DNA of 64,000 nucleotides from Bacillota bacterium (GCA_050259635.1 JBLNBA010000004.1:75005-139004), one strand, 5' to 3'; positions 54,310-63,649 are shown, counted from the first letter of the stretch. Notes: a model not told the origin generated them from the letters alone. Made by a program: numbers and translations.

Positions 54310-56176
54310 ATTTTTGTTCGTTAATAATTTCGATTTCGGCCCGCTCTTCATCCAATCCGAGCAGGCTTTCGATCTTTTTTACGATAGTTTTAGGGGTAAT
54401 ACCATGAGCGGCATTATATTCCAGCTGTTTTTTGCGCCGGCGTCCTGATTCTTTCATGGCGTTCTTGATGGAATCGGTTAAAGTATCGGCATAGAGGATT
54501 ATTTTGCCGGAAACATTTCTGGCGGCCCTACCCATGATTTGCAACAGCGAGGTTTGGCTACGCAGGAATCCCTCCCTGTCCGCATCCAGGATGGCTACCA
54601 AGGTTACCTCTGGCAAATCTAAGCCCTCTCTTAGTAGATTGACGCCGATCAGGACGTCAAAAGCTCCTTCACGGAAAGCCTTGAGGATATCGGTACGCTC
54701 GAAGGTCTTGATATCGGAATGTAGGTAATTGGCGCGTATCCCCTTCTGATTAAGGTAATTGCTGAGATCTTCCGCCTGCTTTTTGGTCAGAGTGTTGATG
54801 ATTGCCCTCTCGGAGCGTTCTGCAATCGCCTCTACTTCCTTCATCACGTCATTAATTTGACTGTAGTTTTCCTCCTTGACGAAAACCGGCCGGACTTCGA
54901 TTTCCGGGTCGACCAGGCCGGTCGGGCGGATGATCTGTTCGACGACTTGTTCAGAGTGTTCTTTTTCGTAATCGCCAGGAGTGGCGGTAGTGAAGATGAT
55001 CTGCCCCACTCTTTTCTGGAATTCCGTGAATTTAAGCGGCCGATTATCTAGGGCACTGGGAAGCCGCCAGCCGTATTGGACCAGAATATCTTTACGCGAG
55101 CGGTCGCCATTATACATGCCTCTTATCTGGGGAACGGTTATGTGGGATTCGTCGATGATCGTGAGGAAATCTGGATGCCCATCTTTCCAGGGAAAATAAC
55201 TCAATAATGGATCCGGAGCTTCGCCGGCCAATTTTCCCGAGAGATGGCGCGAATAGTTTTCTATCCCATGGCAATATCCGAGGGTGTGCAGCATCTCGAT
55301 GTCATAGCGAGTGCGTCTTTCCAGGCGCTCTGCCTCTAGTAATAAGCCCTCGCGGCGAAAATATTCCAAGCGTTCATTCAACTCTTCTTCGATATTCTTT
55401 ATCGCTTGTTCGATCTGAGGCTGGGTGGTAATGAAGTGTTTCGGCGGGAAGACTACTATCTCCTTAAGATTCTCGATGATATTACGGGTAACATTGTCTA
55501 TGACGGCTAAATCCGAAACCGTCTGGCCGGCCATTTCGACCCGATAGATGATATTTTCTGACATCGGCCTAATCTCAAAGACATCGCCCCTGACTCGGAA
55601 CTCTCCGCGTTTAACGTCTCCGTTTACCCGTTCGAATTGCATGGAGATCAGCTGGCGGATGAGATCAATGCGGGTGATCACCGTCCCCTGTTCGAGATGT
55701 AAAGAAGCCTGGAGGTAGTTAAGAGGGACGCCAAGATTATATATGCAAGACACCGAAGCGACAATGATAACGTCCCGCCGGCTAAGTAAGGCCGAGGTCG
55801 CACCGTGTCTGAGCCTGTCCATCTCTTCATTGATCATTGCCTCCTTGTCTATATATGTATCGGTAATCGGCAGATAGGCTTCCGGCTGGTAGTAATCGTA
55901 ATAAGAAACGAAATAATGCACCGCATTTTCCGGAAAGAAATTCTTATATTCCCGATAGAGCTGGGCGGCCAGCGCTTTATTAGGAGCGATCACCAGGGCC
56001 GGCTGGTCGAAGGCGGCGATTACATTAGCGGCCGTAAAGGTCTTTCCCGACCCGGTAACACCAAGCAATGTTTGGTGCGCAAAACCTTGCTCGATCCCTT
56101 GGATGAGCTTAGTTATTGCCTGTGGCTGGTCGCCTGCAGGTTCAAATTCTGATCGTAGCTGGAATGTTCCGGCCAT
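54257..56176 (-). CDS. uvrB: excinuclease ABC subunit B
   Basis: Sequences 'LLGVTGSGKTFT', 'IIDESHIT' and the helicase motif 'QIMGRAARN'. At 639 aa, its C-terminal tail shows no recognisable UVR motif. Confidence 0.95.
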   Translation of the reverse strand: MAGTFQLRSEFEPAGDQPQAITKLIQGIEQGFAHQTLLGVTGSGKTFTAANVIAAFDQPALVIAPNKALAAQLYREYKNFFPENAVHYFVSYYDYYQPEAYLPITDTYIDKEAMINEEMDRLRHGATSALLSRRDVIIVASVSCIYNLGVPLNYLQASLHLEQGTVITRIDLIRQLISMQFERVNGDVKRGEFRVRGDVFEIRPMSENIIYRVEMAGQTVSDLAVIDNVTRNIIENLKEIVVFPPKHFITTQPQIEQAIKNIEEELNERLEYFRREGLLLEAERLERRTRYDIEMLHTLGYCHGIENYSRHLSGKLAGEAPDPLLSYFPWKDGHPDFLTIIDESHITVPQIRGMYNGDRSRKDILVQYGWRLPSALDNRPLKFTEFQKRVGQIIFTTATPGDYEKEHSEQVVEQIIRPTGLVDPEIEVRPVFVKEENYSQINDVMKEVEAIAERSERAIINTLTKKQAEDLSNYLNQKGIRANYLHSDIKTFERTDILKAFREGAFDVLIGVNLLREGLDLPEVTLVAILDADREGFLRSQTSLLQIMGRAARNVSGKIILYADTLTDSIKNAMKESGRRRKKQLEYNAAHGITPKTIVKKIESLLGLDEERAEIEIINEQKYGKRKSPENRRRGNDKK

Positions 56177-56328
56177 AAGTGTTCTTTAACGCCAAAAGCG
56201 GAAGATTGCTTCCGATAACGGCAAGTATTCAGGTTGGACCGTGGTATCGAACATATCAAAGGAGGCGATAAAAACGGTCTGGTCATTGTAGCACAAAATC
56301 CTGGAACTGGATAGATTGGACGGGCGAT

Positions 56329-56362
56329 GGCGAAAGCGACCGGTCAAGAATGATCCGGTCGC
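56329..56362 (-). terminator. probable ldh terminator
   Basis: Minus-strand hairpin 'gcgaccgg...ccggtcgc' (8 bp) followed by 'tttcgcc', which is a weak U-tract. Confidence 0.45.
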
Positions 56363-56384
56363 TTCAGATAAGGTATATATTAGC

Positions 56385-57308
56385 TTATTTTAAAGCTTTT
56401 TCCGCGTCTTTGAGCTTTTGGGCTGACCTCTGGAAAAGACGCTTTTCTTCGGCGTTCATTTCGAGATCAATCTTACGCTCGATACCCTTCGCCCCAATCA
56501 CCATGGGCAAACTGAGCGATACTCCCCTGATTCCCAATTCCCCGCTTAGAAGGTGTGATACTGTATAAACCGTTTTCTTATCCCTCAACACGGCCTTGAC
56601 TAGCTTCACTATCCCCGCGGCAATGGCGTAATATGTCGCTTGTTTCCCTTCAATGATCGCATAGGCGGCATTCTTAGCCTTGTTGAATATCTGGAGCTTA
56701 TTGCGGTTCTTCAGGCGATAGAAGCGGTCTATCGGGGTGTTGCCTACGGTCGCTGTGCTCCAAAGCGGGACCTCGCTGTCCCCGTGCTCGCCAACGATAT
56801 AGGCATGAACGCTCTTCGGGTTCACGCCCATTCTCTCGCCCAATAGGAAGCGGAAGCGGGCGGTATCAAGGATGGTGCCCGAGCCGAATATTTGGCGCTT
56901 CTTCCGCGGGTACATCTTTATCGCCAGATTGGTCAAGATATCGACCGGGTTGGTAACGATAATGACAATCGCCTCGGGGTTGGCCTTGAAAATCTTGGGC
57001 ATCCATTCCTTTATAATCCCGGCATTCTTCTTGAGGAGATCCAGCCTTGTTTCGCCCGGCTTCTGGGCGGCGCCGCAGGTCATGACCACCACCCGGCTAT
57101 CCTTGAGATCGTCGGCAGTGCCCGGATTGATATCCGTGTAATCCCAGAACGGAACTGAATGTTCAAGATCCATCACCTGAGCTTCGGCCAGTTTCCGATC
57201 GATGTCGATCAGGGCGATTTCATCGCAGACATTGGCGGCGATAAGCCCGTAGGCGGCAGTACTTCCCACCATGCCCGCGCCAATAATAGTTACTTTATTT
57301 TTTTGCAT
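56385..57308 (-). CDS. ldh: L-lactate dehydrogenase
   Basis: Sequences 'VTIIGAGMVGS', 'GEHGDS' and the substrate loop 'CGAAQKPGETRLDL'. The Gln at the LDH/MDH discriminating position favours LDH. Confidence 0.85.
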   Translation of the reverse strand: MQKNKVTIIGAGMVGSTAAYGLIAANVCDEIALIDIDRKLAEAQVMDLEHSVPFWDYTDINPGTADDLKDSRVVVMTCGAAQKPGETRLDLLKKNAGIIKEWMPKIFKANPEAIVIIVTNPVDILTNLAIKMYPRKKRQIFGSGTILDTARFRFLLGERMGVNPKSVHAYIVGEHGDSEVPLWSTATVGNTPIDRFYRLKNRNKLQIFNKAKNAAYAIIEGKQATYYAIAAGIVKLVKAVLRDKKTVYTVSHLLSGELGIRGVSLSLPMVIGAKGIERKIDLEMNAEEKRLFQRSAQKLKDAEKALK

Positions 57309-57369
57309 AAATAGAAGTGGCGGCTTGATGGCCGCGTAATGTATTTGCTTCTATTTTAGCATTTAGCGT

Positions 57370-59379
57370 TCAGTTGCGGAAGTCGTTATCGAAGACCAGC
57401 TTGTCTCCGCCGAACTGAGTGTAAAGACGAGAACGTATGAAGGTGTTATTGGAAACAACGAGGTCGCTAGAATGCGAATAGACCCCCGTGCCGTTCACGA
57501 AAGTATTATATCTCACCTTGGCGCCAAATACTCCTTTATAGATATAGAATCCGGATTCGTTCCCGCCGGATCGAAGATTGCAGTAATTGTATTCAAGACG
57601 GCCATTGCTTATCTTGCCGTCTTGTACCGGACTGACGATGACGCAGAATTTATTGTCCGTATCGGCGCGATCAATAATATTATGGTGGATATTAAAGTTA
57701 ACGATAGTACCGTTCAGTTGGATGCCATCCCCGGGCGCCGAGGCTTCGCTTTTTCCTTTGTACCAATAGCTATTTTCGTTCCAATGCTGGTTGACGTGGT
57801 GGATATAGTTATAGGCTATTTCCATATCGTCCTGATTTTGTGAGTAATGACCGTCGTCTCCCGTATAAGATATTTCCGAATCAAGGAGTTTGAACCCCTT
57901 GGCGGCGTTGAGGGTGCGGAGCCCCCATTCGCTATAACGGATCCGGACGTTTTCAATACGGTTATAATCTCCGCCGCCGGAATAGATGCCGGCCGTGGAA
58001 AGCTTGGCATCTAAATCCAGATCTCGGACGGTATTATTGTCACCGGTCATGGAAACAGCGGCATTTGTTCCACCTTTGAGGTTTTGGATCTGGAGGATCG
58101 GCTTTTGGGCGGCATTGCCATATGCGCCTAGCAGAACATTATCCTTGTCTCCGATATTGATGCGGGCGGATAGGGTTTCGCTGGTTCCTCGTTTCTGCAA
58201 ATAATTCTTGCCGGAGGAAATACTGATCCCCTTCCAGCTTTTTAATGGCCTGGCCCTGGTCCCATCTCCGTTTGACGATGCCATGGGATCGATGAAGATC
58301 GTGTTTGCTGCGGGTAGCAAGCGTACGGTCATTGTCGCTTCTTCGGTTTTTCCACCGCTTACGGCGCGGACTATCACTGGTATGCTAGTGCCATTAACCT
58401 TAGTCTTGTCCGCCACTTTGATAACGCCGGAACCATCCACGCTAAAGGCGCCATTGCCGCCGTTTAGGCTATACGTAATAGCGGACTTTTCTAAATCTTT
58501 CCAGAAGTGGTTGATTTCACCGACGATATCGCCATTTTCCACATTCGCCGGGATGGCAAAACCCTGGGAATGGATTAAGTTCCCCGCTAGAACCACTTGG
58601 CTGGCATTTTCTCCGGCTTGATTTCCGGAATTACTTCCATTATTGCTCGGCGCTCCTCCTTGCCCGCTGCCGTAGTTATCTAAAGCATTATCTGAAATCC
58701 CGTTCGGATCCCTTAGCGCAGATTCTTGCCCTAAGATCGACTCACCGATCTTAGCTGAAGGAACAGGAAGGTTAAGAAGATATTTTTCATTGAACCGGTT
58801 GGCGACGAGAGCGGCCATGTTAACGATGTGGCGGAAGTGCACTCCATCGTAATAATAGATGGCATTTAGGCCGGAAGACTTCACGAGACTGCCAGCCGGT
58901 ATCTCATCATCGGCTAAGGCTTGTCCGCTTGTGTAGTCTACGAATAAAGAATCAGGCAAATCAATCACTCGCTTTGCCCAGTTTGGCCCGTATAAGGCTC
59001 GCGCCTGGGCTTCGCTGGTAATCCTTCTTAACTTGCCGCCCGGTTCTGCCGCATAAACTGCAGGATCGCTTATTACCTTCACTAATGATGTGCCGGCTCG
59101 GAGTTTGATATTTCCTCCGATCGCATAGGATGAGAGCTCCGCGTCGCTAACCGTATTGACCCCTTGGAAATTCTGATACCAAGAATAATATATGCTTTCG
59201 TTGGGAAAGACGTAACGTCGGTTGTCATCTCCCAAATAATATACGGCCGAAAAGCGGCTGGATTTTATCAAGCTCCCTGCCGCGGCGGCCCGCAGAGGCC
59301 GGGAGATGAGAGGACTGGCTATAAACAAAAAGAGCGCAAGAACTGCGATCTTCGAGAGTATTCTAAGGCTTATATGCAT
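57370..59379 (-). CDS. secreted protein with N-terminal repeats, a central Ig/cadherin-like domain and a C-terminal right-handed parallel beta-helix
   Basis: It has a signal peptide. PbH1-like turns include 'NNTVRDLDLD', 'NRIENVRIRY', 'HHNIIDR' and 'VSNNTFIRS'. Confidence 0.6.
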   Translation of the reverse strand: MHISLRILSKIAVLALFLFIASPLISRPLRAAAAGSLIKSSRFSAVYYLGDDNRRYVFPNESIYYSWYQNFQGVNTVSDAELSSYAIGGNIKLRAGTSLVKVISDPAVYAAEPGGKLRRITSEAQARALYGPNWAKRVIDLPDSLFVDYTSGQALADDEIPAGSLVKSSGLNAIYYYDGVHFRHIVNMAALVANRFNEKYLLNLPVPSAKIGESILGQESALRDPNGISDNALDNYGSGQGGAPSNNGSNSGNQAGENASQVVLAGNLIHSQGFAIPANVENGDIVGEINHFWKDLEKSAITYSLNGGNGAFSVDGSGVIKVADKTKVNGTSIPVIVRAVSGGKTEEATMTVRLLPAANTIFIDPMASSNGDGTRARPLKSWKGISISSGKNYLQKRGTSETLSARINIGDKDNVLLGAYGNAAQKPILQIQNLKGGTNAAVSMTGDNNTVRDLDLDAKLSTAGIYSGGGDYNRIENVRIRYSEWGLRTLNAAKGFKLLDSEISYTGDDGHYSQNQDDMEIAYNYIHHVNQHWNENSYWYKGKSEASAPGDGIQLNGTIVNFNIHHNIIDRADTDNKFCVIVSPVQDGKISNGRLEYNYCNLRSGGNESGFYIYKGVFGAKVRYNTFVNGTGVYSHSSDLVVSNNTFIRSRLYTQFGGDKLVFDNDFRN

Positions 59380-59407
59380 ATATGATTCATTTATTTTTGC
59401 AGGTTAC

Positions 59408-60370
59408 TCAAGTGGACCGTTGGACGGAATTAAGGATGCGGTCAATCAAGGAATCGAGGTCGAACGTCTGTCTTTCTAGATTACAAGCATCAGCTTCTGC
59501 CTGCGGATAATTGCCGCATTGGGGATATCTGAGAGTGAAACTGGCGGTAAGGATCTTTCCTCCTATTACCGCTGCATAGTCGTAATCCTGATAAATGCTA
59601 CCTGCCGCTCCTTCGCTCTTAGTGCGAATACAATAATCTCGTCCGCCGATATTAGCATTGCGGACAAACATACCTTGGGCTGTTTCTCCTGCCGGGCAGT
59701 TCAGGTCGACACTATCCTCTGATTTTATTTCTGGCGGCCAGCTCTGCGTACTAATATATTTTACGCCGAGGGTTTCCGGATAGCGGAAAGTGAGATTGCC
59801 TTCGGTAACGCTCTTCCAGCCATCAGTGGAGGATTGGGTAATTGAAGCCGAGGTTATGAGCCAATGGCCGGAGATCTGGGTGAGAGTAAGAGAGATAGGT
59901 TGGCGCGTTTCTTTATTATCGCTGGTAAGTTCCACTACTTCCCCTTCGACTTTATAATCTGATCCTTGCTTCATAAGCGACTTGATTTCGATCCTATCTG
60001 GTACCGGGCTGGAAACGAGTCTTCCGGGGGCCAGCTCTGGCTTCGCTTGCCATTGGGCCAGAAGCTCGGTGGAAACGAATTCACGGTAATGGTTCATAAT
60101 CTGTCCGCCGGCATCGGGAGCGAGCAATGAAACTTGTTTTAACTCTTTTCCGAAGTCTTCCACCGTTTTTCTTACTTGGTCAGAATCTGCTTGTTCCGTG
60201 GTGCTGGTAGCGGTTGAAGTGCTGGTTGAAGTGCCCTTGTTGCCTCCCGGGGAATATGGCGCTGATTTAAAGGGTTTGGTTACCAAGATGACAACCAAAG
60301 CAATTATTATGATCAGACCGATACCAAGCCATAAATTTGTCGAATTTCTCGAAATTTTATCATTTGCCAT
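59408..60370 (-). CDS. hypothetical membrane-anchored protein
   Basis: 320 aa with TM helix 'LWLGIGLIIIIALVVILV', low-complexity 'TSTSTSTATSTT', and two globular domains carrying conserved Cys pairs. Confidence 0.6.
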   Translation of the reverse strand: MANDKISRNSTNLWLGIGLIIIIALVVILVTKPFKSAPYSPGGNKGTSTSTSTATSTTEQADSDQVRKTVEDFGKELKQVSLLAPDAGGQIMNHYREFVSTELLAQWQAKPELAPGRLVSSPVPDRIEIKSLMKQGSDYKVEGEVVELTSDNKETRQPISLTLTQISGHWLITSASITQSSTDGWKSVTEGNLTFRYPETLGVKYISTQSWPPEIKSEDSVDLNCPAGETAQGMFVRNANIGGRDYCIRTKSEGAAGSIYQDYDYAAVIGGKILTASFTLRYPQCGNYPQAEADACNLERQTFDLDSLIDRILNSVQRST

Positions 60371-60484
60371 ATGTATTCTATTAAAATTCTTCTAATTAAT
60401 CTTTAAGGGCGCTATGAATTATACCAGAAATTGACGTTAGTGGCAACCTTTACCGGAAGTAGTAATTAAGGTATAATACAGCGC

Positions 60485-61525
60485 ATGAAATCATCACTTC
60501 TAAGTATCTTGTCCCTCGCCGCCATCTTGATTCCGGTAGTCAGCGCGGACTCAGCCCAAGCCGCTAATGATCGTACCGGATATATCCTTTTGCAGGTCGA
60601 GGCACATGGCGAAGCTTGGTACGTTTTTCCGGCTGATGGAAATCGCTACTACCTCGGTCGCCCGGATGATGCTTTTTCATTAATGAAAAAGCTATCTCTT
60701 GGCGCCAAGCACGATTTGATCGCTAATACCGAGAAATTTCCGGAACGTTTAAGCGGCCGGATCCTCCTTGATGTGGAGAAAAACGGCGAAGCGTATTATA
60801 TCTATCCCGGAGACCGTCAAAAATATTATCTTGGGCGTCCTTCTGATGCTTATAAGATAATGCGCAATCTGGGCCGCGGTATTGCGGATTCTGGTCTGGC
60901 TAGCATCCCAGTCGGAGATATTGATAATGCCGGAAAAGCAGACCTTAAAATAATCCAGGTGGTACCCTTCACCTCGCAGGCGCCTCTTGGAGAATGGTCG
61001 GATGAGCGACAGGAGGATGGTTGTGAAGAAGCATCCGCCTTAATGGCTGTAAGCTGGGCCAGAGGCGAGACCTTCACCGCCCAAGAGGCCTTAGACAGTA
61101 TTACCGGCGCCTCTGACTATATCTATGGAAAATATGGGGAGTACCGGGATATTAACGTCCACGATACGCTTGATTGGATAATAAAAGACTACTTCCATTA
61201 TAATAACGCCGTCGTCAAGGAAAATGTCACATTGTCCCAGATCATTGCCGAATTAGAAAAAGGCCGCATCATCCTGGCACCGATGAATGGGCAAACCTTG
61301 CATAATCCCAACTATAAAGCTCCCGGTCCCCCTAACCACATGTTAGTTATTATCGGTTACGACCAGGACCGCCAGGTATTCATCACCAATGATCCCGGCA
61401 CTCGAAAAGGACGCTCATACGAATACCCGACGGATGTCATCTATAAATCCATTAGAGCCTACGCCACCGGATATCATGTCCCGATCAAAGAAGTAAAAAA
61501 GGATGTAATTATCTTCTCAAAATAA
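60485..61525 (+). CDS. secreted C39-like cysteine peptidase-domain protein with a duplicated N-terminal module
   Basis: It has a signal peptide. Two repeats of about 55 aa are present ('GYILLQVEAHGEAWYVFPADGNRYYLGRPDDAF' and 'GRILLDVEKNGEAYYIYPGDRQKYYLGRPSDAY'), then 'VPFTSQAPLGEWSDERQEDGCEEAS'. Confidence 0.6.
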   Translation: MKSSLLSILSLAAILIPVVSADSAQAANDRTGYILLQVEAHGEAWYVFPADGNRYYLGRPDDAFSLMKKLSLGAKHDLIANTEKFPERLSGRILLDVEKNGEAYYIYPGDRQKYYLGRPSDAYKIMRNLGRGIADSGLASIPVGDIDNAGKADLKIIQVVPFTSQAPLGEWSDERQEDGCEEASALMAVSWARGETFTAQEALDSITGASDYIYGKYGEYRDINVHDTLDWIIKDYFHYNNAVVKENVTLSQIIAELEKGRIILAPMNGQTLHNPNYKAPGPPNHMLVIIGYDQDRQVFITNDPGTRKGRSYEYPTDVIYKSIRAYATGYHVPIKEVKKDVIIFSK

Positions 61526-61567
61526 GGCAACATAAAAAAGACCGCAGCCATAGCGATCTTTTTTAAA

Positions 61568-62308
61568 TTACCTCAAAGTCCAGCCGCCATCAACGATAAT
61601 CGTCTGCCCGGTAATATATGAGGCGCCCTCGCCCGAGAGGAACACTGCTAGTTGCGCGATATCATCGCCGCTTCCCATTCGTCCGAGGGGAATGGCGGCC
61701 ACGGTTTGTTCTTTAAGCGTCTCATCCAGACCAACGGTAGCGCCAGGCGTCTCTATCGACCCCGGAGCGATTCCATTTACGGTAATCTGCCTAACAGCCA
61801 ATTCCAACGCTAAAGCCCTGGTAAAGCCGTTTAAACCGCTTTTAGAGGCACTGTAATGAGTTAAACCCGAGAAGCCGACAAAGGCTGATATCGAAGAGAT
61901 ATTAATGATCCGGCCGCCCGCTGACATGACCTTGGAAGCGGCATGGGAACAAAGGAAGACGCTTTTAAGGTTGGTAGACATCACTTTATCCCAGTCCTCT
62001 TCGGTCATGGACTCAAAAGGGGTGAAAGGAAAGATCCCGGCGTTATTTACTAAAATATCTATAGTCCCAAACTCTTCCATGGCTTCGTCGATGAGTTTAG
62101 AAATATCTTCTTGGGACGTTGCGTCGCAGTGCAAGGATATAGCGGTTCCTCCTTGTTTCCGGATTTCCTCGGCCACCTGATCGGCGAGCGGCTTGTTCAG
62201 GTCGCTCACGATCACGCGGCAACCCGCGGCCCCCATAGCTAAAGCGATGGCGCGACCGATACCCTGGCCGCTACCGGTGATAGCAGCCGTCTTGTTTCTT
62301 AAAGGCAT
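61568..62308 (-). CDS. SDR family oxidoreductase (FabG-like)
   Basis: Sequences 'TGSGQGIGRAIA', 'NNAG' and 'YSASKSG'. Confidence 0.85.
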   Translation of the reverse strand: MPLRNKTAAITGSGQGIGRAIALAMGAAGCRVIVSDLNKPLADQVAEEIRKQGGTAISLHCDATSQEDISKLIDEAMEEFGTIDILVNNAGIFPFTPFESMTEEDWDKVMSTNLKSVFLCSHAASKVMSAGGRIINISSISAFVGFSGLTHYSASKSGLNGFTRALALELAVRQITVNGIAPGSIETPGATVGLDETLKEQTVAAIPLGRMGSGDDIAQLAVFLSGEGASYITGQTIIVDGGWTLR

Positions 62309-62326
62309 ATTAGCGTGGTTGCACCC

Positions 62327-62731
62327 TCAGGCATTCCTGATGCGGCTGACATCCATATATAAAATTTCCCACAAATGGTCATCCAGATCACGGAAGCTAC
62401 GTCCGTACATCCAATCTTGCTCTTCTCCTTTCTTCCCTTCTTTTCCTCCGGATTCTAAGGCCAGCCTTAGTATTTCATTTACTTCTTCGCGGCTGCCGGC
62501 ACTTATGGTTATTATCACTTCCCTCCCTCGGGCAAGATCCGCTATTCCGCCTTCGATGAATGTCTTGAAGTATTCTGATTCGATGAGCATGATAAATGCC
62601 TCTTCGCTGATGATCATGCAGGCGGCATTATCATCGGTAAACTCCGCATTGAAATCAAACCCCAGGCTACCAAAGAACGTCATCGACGCTTTCAGGTCCT
62701 TGACCGGAAGATTTATGAATATCTGTCTCAT
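62327..62731 (-). CDS. VOC/glyoxalase-family protein
   Basis: 134 aa. The N-terminus 'IFINLPVKDLKASMTFFGSLGF' is typical of the glyoxalase/bleomycin-resistance fold. Confidence 0.6.
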   Translation of the reverse strand: MRQIFINLPVKDLKASMTFFGSLGFDFNAEFTDDNAACMIISEEAFIMLIESEYFKTFIEGGIADLARGREVIITISAGSREEVNEILRLALESGGKEGKKGEEQDWMYGRSFRDLDDHLWEILYMDVSRIRNA

Positions 62732-62813
62732 AGGTATTAAGTTAATAATTAGCAGTTTAATATTGTGATGTTAAGCGCTTAATTATAGCATTTTTTCAGG
62801 CATTTTTCCAGTA

Positions 62814-62840
62814 CAAAAAAATCGGCTTGGAGCCGATCTT
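62814..62840 (-). terminator. terminator of the 40-aa basic-protein gene
   Basis: The minus strand reads 'gaagatcggctccaagccgattttttt'. Confidence 0.75.
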
Positions 62841-62855
62841 CTGAGCTTGTAGAGC

Positions 62856-62978
62856 TTATCTCTTTGCGCGCTTTTCAGCGAGAGCGCCTAAGCGCTCCTT
62901 CTTGATCGCGAGCCTTTTCGCCGTCTTCGGGGAATTAGATTTCTTGCCCTTTCCGACGCCAGTTGCACGTTTTGCCAT
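62856..62978 (-). CDS. 40-aa highly basic small protein (not in the ORF track)
   Basis: Sequence MAKRATGVGKGKKSNSPKTAKRLAIKKERLGALAEKRAKR. It has its own terminator 16 nt downstream. The overlapping plus-strand ORF 62902..63210 looks spurious. Confidence 0.5.
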   Translation of the reverse strand: MAKRATGVGKGKKSNSPKTAKRLAIKKERLGALAEKRAKR

Positions 62979-63041
62979 AAATTTGGATTGTTTATATAGC
63001 AATCCTATCCTAGAAGAAAGAATAAATCAATACGCTTCGGG

Positions 63042-63191
63042 TTACATCACCTTCCTCCCTTGGATAATTCGGATGAGGATCAGAATGACAGCAACGACAA
63101 GCAAGATGTGGATGAAGCCGCTCAAGGTGTATGAAGTTGCGAGCCCTAATATCCAAAGGATGATTAGGATGGCGGCGATAGTCATCAACAT
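63042..63191 (-). CDS. 49-aa two-TM small membrane protein (lmo0937-like family)
   Basis: Sequence MLMTIAAILIILWILGLATSYTLSGFIHILLVVAVILILIRIIQGRKVM. Its pattern matches my recollection of the widespread lmo0937/DUF-type small membrane proteins ('..LW.LG........IH.LLV.A.....I..I.GR'). Confidence 0.55.
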   Translation of the reverse strand: MLMTIAAILIILWILGLATSYTLSGFIHILLVVAVILILIRIIQGRKVM

Positions 63192-63357
63192 ATGGTTAAG
63201 GATTAATTAATGAAGGAAGATATTATAGCATAAATTTGGCCCCTTCGCAATGCTAACTGATACGCGTTTATTGAAAAACTTCAATAATATGGTAATATCT
63301 AGGTGATAAAAACCCCATACCTGCCACGGTGTTGTGGTTAACAAAATACCTTAAGTC

Positions 63358-63480
63358 ATGGCAAATGAATTTGAAGGGTGGGTCAGCGCCCTCTTTACTA
63401 CCGTGGGATTACCGGATCCGGTTATACATACGGAAGAAATAGAAGAGGAAGTCGATGACGACGAAAGTTCAAGCGATTAG
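63358..63480 (+). CDS. possible 40-aa acidic small protein
   Basis: Sequence MANEFEGWVSALFTTVGLPDPVIHTEEIEEEVDDDESSSD. It is preceded by TTGAAA-16-TAATAT and followed by a hairpin plus T-tract at 63502..63529. Confidence 0.3.
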   Translation: MANEFEGWVSALFTTVGLPDPVIHTEEIEEEVDDDESSSD

Positions 63481-63536
63481 CACCTAATGCCAGAACAATC
63501 AGGGGAACGTAAACGCGTTTCCCTTTTTTATATCTG

Positions 63537-63565
63537 TTGACTTCTTTAGAGAAATTAAGTATAAT
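63537..63565 (+). promoter_or_regulatory. near-perfect consensus promoter for ORF 63650
   Basis: TTGACT (63537..63542), 17 nt, TATAAT (63560..63565). Confidence 0.6.
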
Positions 63566-63649
63566 CAGATGCTGGCTGGGAAGCGGCCCCGCGAGGGGCT
63601 GCACCTGCCAAAAGTACCTAAATAACACTAGATGGGGGGGTGATAAACT

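Noticed and set aside
62902-63210. 102-aa plus-strand ORF from the track.
   Set aside because: Its product is non-biological in appearance. The opposite strand holds two compact small genes, one with its own terminator.
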